From Spirochaetota bacterium (GTDB lineage: Bacteria; Spirochaetota; UBA4802; UBA5550): a stretch of DNA of 64,000 bases. Both the position numbers and the translations under genes were made by a program. The stretch lies in the NCBI GenBank assembly GCA_963663865.1, contig OY760686.1:576001-640000 (forward strand). The letters run 5' to 3'. Below are positions 59,624 through 64,000 of the stretch, in pieces (position 1 is the first letter of the stretch; the number at the start of each line of letters is the position of its first letter). Below the pieces are notes generated by a model that worked only from the letters and a program-made list of their open reading frames with translations, was not told the origin of the DNA and searched no databases.

Positions 59624-59750
59624 GAGGTAGCTCTGTGTGGTCATGCTTTTCAAGAGGGGGAGGGAGGTAGCTCTGTATGGTCATGCTTTTCAAGAGGGGG
59701 AGAGAGGAGGCTCTGTGTGGTCGTGCTTTTTAAGAGAGAGGAGGTCGGGG
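59612..59750 (+). repeat. Tandem array, 3+ copies of a 40-bp unit
   Basis: Unit AAGAGGGGGAGGGAGGTAGCTCTGTGTGGTCATGCTTTTC at 59612, 59652 and 59692, plus a partial copy at 59732. Confidence 0.9.
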
Positions 59751-59757
59751 TTTAACT

Positions 59758-60126
59758 ATGACATTAATTTTTAACAGAACATCGACAAAGATCTATAGAC
59801 GACTTTTGCGTTCGAACATGACTGAAGCTGAAAAAGTGCTCTGGAAAGTGATTCGGAGGGATTCGCTTGGTGTCAGATTTAGACGACAGTATGGCATTGG
59901 CAAATTTATTGCTGATTTTTACTGTCCTTCCTTAAAACTGGTCATTGAGGTTGACGGCGGTGGCCATTTTACTGTCAGTGGTAAAAAGTATGACCGGGTA
60001 AGAACAGAATATATGAACTCTATTGGTATTGAGGTTATTCGTTATAAGAACCGTGATGTGCTTAATAACATGCAAAGTGTTATTGATAGCTTGCTGGATG
60101 TAATAGATAGATTGAAGAAAACGTGA
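59758..60126 (+). CDS. DUF559 (Vsr-like PD-(D/E)XK) endonuclease
   Basis: 'LRSNMTEAEKVLW', 'RFRRQYGIGKFIADFYC..LKLVIEVDGGGH', 'YDRVRT' and 'GIEVIRY.N'. More AT-rich than its flanks. Confidence 0.92.
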   Translation: MTLIFNRTSTKIYRRLLRSNMTEAEKVLWKVIRRDSLGVRFRRQYGIGKFIADFYCPSLKLVIEVDGGGHFTVSGKKYDRVRTEYMNSIGIEVIRYKNRDVLNNMQSVIDSLLDVIDRLKKT

Positions 60127-60167
60127 CACTGGACTTGTCCGCTCCAGACGGTGCGGGAAGGAGCGAG

Positions 60168-60240
60168 GCGGCTTTACTCCCCCCACGGTGCTTGAAGTAG
60201 TGAGGTTGCTTTTGCAGCCCCCTCTTAAAAGAGGGGGAGG
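60168..60240 (+). repeat. ~73-bp direct repeat, right copy
   Basis: Matches 59551–59623 with a few substitutions. Confidence 0.9.
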
Positions 60241-60416
60241 TACAGGGCTTTTTGTAATCGTGCTCTTGTAAGAGGGGGAGGTACAGGGCTTTTTGTAATC
60301 GTGCTCTTGTAAGAGGGGGAGGTACAGGGCCTTTTGTAATCGTGCTCTTAAAAGAGGGGGAGGTACGGGGCTTTGTGTGATCGTGCTTTTTCAAGAGGGG
60401 GAGAGACGGGGCTCTC
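60229..60416 (+). repeat. Tandem array, 4+ copies of a 41-bp unit
   Basis: Unit AAGAGGGGGAGGTACAGGGCTTTTTGTAATCGTGCTCTTGT at 60229, 60270, 60311 and 60352 (diverged), plus a partial copy at 60393. Confidence 0.9.
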
Positions 60417-60485
60417 CGTAAAAAAATCTTTGACATTTGCATTAAAACATCTTAACCATGCTGTTAAACAAGCTGCAATAAAGAG

Positions 60486-61418
60486 GTGTGTTCTATGCAG
60501 ACCAGCCTTGCGGAATCTTCACTTATATCCAAAACGAACTTCAGCGTTTTCAGGCGGTCTCTCCATATACTTGCCCTCATTCAGCATTCCACTGAAGAAA
60601 ACTGGAATGCCACGACCCTCGCGGATTTGCTCTCTCAGGTCCCCGGAGAAGAAGTCCTCGATTCAAAAGCAATAAGCACATGCCGCAAAAAGCTCGCTGA
60701 GATGGGTTTTCATCTGAGCATCGGGAAGGGCGAAAAACGCCTCTGTCTCGACAGGCCGCTTGAAGACAGCGACGTGCTCGAGATAATGAACTACTACATG
60801 AATAATGTCGTTCAGATGATGGGTGTGCGCGACTGCTTCTCGTCCTATGTGGCCAGCGCCGGGACAAAATCGCTGTGGATTATCGGGCGCATATACTTTG
60901 CCGCGATTGAGCAGCGCACCATTATCGTAGACTACCGCTCTGAAAAGAGCGGACTGCTCAAGCAGTACACGCTTAATCCCTATTACTGGGTTTACAGGGA
61001 CAACGCTGTCTACCTGGTTTCGGAAGAGCATGAAAGGGGCATACTTCTCCTGAGGCTTAACCGGATTGAGGATTTTGAACTCACCGACCATCATTTTAAC
61101 GCCAACCCTCCTGAACCGTCCGAGCTCTTTGCCAACAGCCTCGGGGCATTCCTTGGTGAGGATATTTACAACATAGTGATAGAGTTTCCTGAAAATCTGA
61201 GCAACAGGGTCACCGAAGACTTCGGCAGGCTTGAGCTTCTTGACGTGCCTGGCGCCCCGGAAGGCTTCTGCCGCGCGGGGTTCAGCGCCTGCGATCTGCT
61301 GAGCGTCTGCACCCGGGTCTTTGCATTCGGCGGCGGAGTGAAGCTCATTGCTCCGGATGAAGCGAAAGATGAAATGCGACGGCTCTGCGGGGGCGTTCTT
61401 GCCGCGCATTGTGAATAA
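60486..61418 (+). CDS. WYL-domain transcriptional regulator (wHTH-WYL-WCX)
   Basis: 'AIEQRTIIVDYRS...LNPYYWVYRDNAVYLV...LRLNRIED' and WCX 'FGGGVKLIAPDE'. Start 60486 or 60495. Confidence 0.88.
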   Translation: MCSMQTSLAESSLISKTNFSVFRRSLHILALIQHSTEENWNATTLADLLSQVPGEEVLDSKAISTCRKKLAEMGFHLSIGKGEKRLCLDRPLEDSDVLEIMNYYMNNVVQMMGVRDCFSSYVASAGTKSLWIIGRIYFAAIEQRTIIVDYRSEKSGLLKQYTLNPYYWVYRDNAVYLVSEEHERGILLLRLNRIEDFELTDHHFNANPPEPSELFANSLGAFLGEDIYNIVIEFPENLSNRVTEDFGRLELLDVPGAPEGFCRAGFSACDLLSVCTRVFAFGGGVKLIAPDEAKDEMRRLCGGVLAAHCE

Positions 61419-61514
61419 TAAAAGTGAATACTTCAACGCCCTATGCCTTCTGGACCTTGCTAACAATCCCGCGCGGAACAGCCGTCCGTAAACCGCGCGG
61501 GAAGATACGGATGA

Positions 61515-62144
61515 TTACGCTCCGGCAGTAACAGGGGTCTCCGTGTTGACAGACCGCGATACTGACAGGGCCTCAGAGTACTCCCTGTCCGAGGTCAGTG
61601 CGTAAACAAAGTACTGCACGCCGGGCACAAGGCCGGTGATCGTAACGGACGAGTTTTCCGGAAGTATATGCGCCTTGTGGGACGCGGCTTCGTTTTCAGC
61701 CCGGTCGACCGGAACAGCGAAGACCGTAACATGGGATGAGCTGTCGCCTTCAGGCCGTGTGACTGTGCAGGAAATTTCGCCCGATGCCGCGCCTTCAGCG
61801 CTGATCGACGCGGGAGGCTGCATGCCGTATTCGAGCGAGATTATCATGGGGCGGCCCGACTTGAGAAGCGGAACGTTTTTGCCTATGAAAAGGTTGTATC
61901 CGCTTATCTTTCTTTTTCCGGCTTCCATGATCCATGGTGCACGAATTGCTTCGTCAAGGGTTTTCCATACGGCGATTGCTGTAGTGAAGGCCTCTCTTAC
62001 GAGTCTTTGACGTGGGGTGTTAGGATTGGACGGTTGTGTTGTCTTTCTCGCGTGGGTCTTGCCGTTACGGATGTAGTAGGTTATTCCCTGAATGGTGGCC
62101 GAGTATTCAGGAAACGCAACGTTTGTGATAAATGGTTTTCTCAT
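61515..62144 (-). CDS. Hypothetical protein: basic DUF6266-like N-terminus + FnIII-like beta C-terminus
   Basis: 'ITYYIRNGKTHARK..PSNPNTPRQ..VREAF..A..W', 'SGYNLFIGKN' and FnIII-like 'TITGLVPGVQYFV'; GAGG RBS. Confidence 0.65.
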   Translation of the reverse strand: MRKPFITNVAFPEYSATIQGITYYIRNGKTHARKTTQPSNPNTPRQRLVREAFTTAIAVWKTLDEAIRAPWIMEAGKRKISGYNLFIGKNVPLLKSGRPMIISLEYGMQPPASISAEGAASGEISCTVTRPEGDSSSHVTVFAVPVDRAENEAASHKAHILPENSSVTITGLVPGVQYFVYALTSDREYSEALSVSRSVNTETPVTAGA

Positions 62145-62278
62145 GACAGTACCTCTAATTATTTTTCAGCAATTGCTGAACATGCCGTAACCGCTGCTGC
62201 GGAATCTGGCATTTATGATTAATACGAATGTGGGAAAGCAAAACGGAAAAAAAAACGGATGAAGCGGGAATTTTTTTT

Positions 62279-62370
62279 AACGGACGATACTGGAGCACAA
62301 ACGGTATTGAAACGGTGTACGACTGGAGCAGTAACGGAGATATAACGGAGCAGTAACGGAGCTGTAGAGG
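62279..62370. repeat. 11-bp periodic degenerate tandem array (consensus ~TAACGGAGCAG)
   Basis: GG cores of AACGG/ACTGG/AGAGG end at 62283, 62293, 62304, 62315, 62326, 62337, 62348, 62359 and 62370. Confidence 0.85.
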
Positions 62371-62659
62371 TTAACATGGGGCTCTTGAGGGGGCTGAAAT
62401 GCCCGGAAATGGGCTCTTCGAGCGAAAATCTGGCGGGAAAAGTACAACGTCGACAGTGAAGGGATAGGTTTTGGGGTAGGAGTGGGGTATGATGTGGGGT
62501 GGAGTTTTTAATTTTTCAGGAGGCTTTATGTATCACAGTTCAATAACTTTATCTAAAGCCGATTTTTATAATTATATCACTTATGTATTCAGGGGCATTA
62601 TCGGAACTTATACTTCCAGGATTTCCACGCAAGGCTATGACATGCTCAAGAGATGATAG

Positions 62660-62763
62660 TACCCAATGAGAAAGTCATGGTGAGGCAACTGCGAAAACCT
62701 CAATGAAATTTTTAGCTTATCCGGTAGATATTCGAAAGGCAATTTATTCAATCAAAGCTTAAA
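62660..62763 (+). pseudogene. IS256-family transposase remnant
   Basis: Translates YPMRKSW*GNCENLNEIF then, frameshifted, AYPVDIRKAIYS. This matches the IS256 'YP...SW..NWENL..FF.YP.DIRKAIYTTN' motif. Confidence 0.65.
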
Positions 62764-62958
62764 CGAATATTTTATGATGTTTGTATTACTTTTTTCAGAA
62801 TAATAATAGATATAGTTTGATTTATATATGTGTTACCTCCAAAAATATTGAATGAGGTTTTTGTGCAGAGAATGATAGTTAAGTGCAAAAAGCGCGAAAA
62901 CTTTTTTAATCGGCCATCCGTGGCCTCACAAAATATATTATTCATAAGGAGTAATTAA

Positions 62959-63585
62959 ATGGCATTACCAAACAGTTACACACAAAAACCGAATTCCCTA
63001 CCTGATTATTTTGAAGCAATTCTTAACGCCGAACCTCCAGAACGTTTTACAAATAAATTTTTGTCTCAGCTTGATTTTAAAAGTACAAATGATATAATGT
63101 TTATTGGAATATTAAAAGAACTCGACTTCTTGGATGCTGATGGTGCTCCGAAACAACGATATTACGATTTTCTTGATAGAAGCCAATCAAAAATTATTTT
63201 AGCAGAAGGTATACGAGAAGCATATGAGGATTTATTTAATGTAAATAAAAAAGCTTATGAAATGTCCGCGGAAGATGTTAAAAATAAACTTCGAACTTTG
63301 TATGCTGGTTCTAAAAAAGATGAAATAATAAATAAAATTTCTAAGACATTCACTGCTTTATGTGAATATGCAGATTTTACATCTATTATTAAAAAACATG
63401 AATCAAAAACAGAAACACCGAAAGATACAACTACTCCAGAATCTGGTGCGGAATTGAGTGACCATAGCAAGCCAAAACTTGGATTAAAAACCCTTCAATA
63501 TCATATTAATATTGTTCTTCCAGAAAGTCGTGATCAAGCTGTATATGATGCAATTTTTAAAAGCTTAAAGGATCACTTGGGTTAA
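62959..63585 (+). CDS. DUF5343-like protein
   Basis: 'PERFTNKFL..LDFKS.ND...IGILK.L.FL...G.P...Y', 'TFTALC..ADF' and C-terminal 'LQYHINIVLPESRDQAVYDAIFKSL'; AAGGAG RBS. Confidence 0.75.
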   Translation: MALPNSYTQKPNSLPDYFEAILNAEPPERFTNKFLSQLDFKSTNDIMFIGILKELDFLDADGAPKQRYYDFLDRSQSKIILAEGIREAYEDLFNVNKKAYEMSAEDVKNKLRTLYAGSKKDEIINKISKTFTALCEYADFTSIIKKHESKTETPKDTTTPESGAELSDHSKPKLGLKTLQYHINIVLPESRDQAVYDAIFKSLKDHLG

Positions 63586-63589
63586 TAAT

Positions 63590-64000
63590 ATGAATGATTT
63601 ATATACATTCGTTTACAAAGGAATTCTAACTGATGAAAGTCTTGATAAAGCAGGTAGAAAACGTAAATTACATTTTAATAAAGAAGAAGTAGAATCAATA
63701 AAAAAAGTACTGTCTTTTGAAATGTTAGATCAAGAATTAATAGTTAATGCTGAAAAAATGTCTGTTATATATATAGCAATTCATACATTTGAAAACATGG
63801 TAAGAGATTTCGTAAAGAAGGCTCTAATTGAAGTTTATCATGAAAACTGGTGGGAAAAAGTACCATCAAAAATTATCGAAAAAGTATCAAAGAGAATGGA
63901 AGATGATTCGAAATTTCGTTGGCATGGCGCACGAGGTGGTACAGAAATTGATTATTGTGATTTTGGAGATCTATCATCAATAATAATCACAAATCGTAAT
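63590..64000 (+). CDS. Swt1-like HEPN protein (truncated by window edge)
   Basis: Not in the ORF track. ATG 63590 is open to the edge: 'YIAIHTFENMVRDFV...ENWWEKVP...IDYCDFGDLSSII'. Confidence 0.7.
   Translation, partial: MNDLYTFVYKGILTDESLDKAGRKRKLHFNKEEVESIKKVLSFEMLDQELIVNAEKMSVIYIAIHTFENMVRDFVKKALIEVYHENWWEKVPSKIIEKVSKRMEDDSKFRWHGARGGTEIDYCDFGDLSSIIITNRN

Noticed and set aside
59612-60416. CRISPR array interpretation of the 40/41-bp repeats
   Set aside because: Units are head-to-tail with near-identical interiors (no unique spacers), and no cas genes are present in the window.
59436-60675. ORFs 59436–59693, 59932–60186, 60080–60442 and 60373–60675
   Set aside because: They are translations of the repeat DNA or antisense/frame-shifted overlaps of the DUF559 and WYL genes.

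Overview
Bacterial chromosomal window, probably from an anaerobic Spirochaetota/Leptospirae relative. This placement is inferred from the large envelope protein–DUF1318–PD40/TPR cluster, a His-less Pth and an [FeFe] hydrogenase. The core genes are a MATE pump, a PAS/GAF hybrid kinase, ispE–tRNA-Gln–prs–rplY–pth, mscS, hydCBA with a NuoF–GltD fused subunit, a DCCP/activator pair and a fused acyl-CoA dehydratase activase. Four accessory blocks interrupt them. (1) A BglII/BstYI-type R-M pair next to a decayed duplicate of the mscS 5' end and a WYL-regulator fragment. (2) An AT-rich island (~23.7–34.3 kb) with an intact but catalytically dead IS110-derived ORF, three GH3 lipoproteins and a membrane AraC regulator; a shared 24-bp box sits upstream of the IS110-like gene and of each GH3 gene. 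(3) A PLD-helicase gene, HigBA and HEPN/MNT modules. (4) A right-end cluster with a DUF559 nuclease between duplicated structured modules and 40/41-bp tandem arrays, a WYL regulator convergent with a basic DUF6266-like protein preceded by an 11-bp phased array, an IS256 scrap and a DUF5343 + Swt1-like HEPN pair. All family assignments come from motif recognition by eye; no searches were run.
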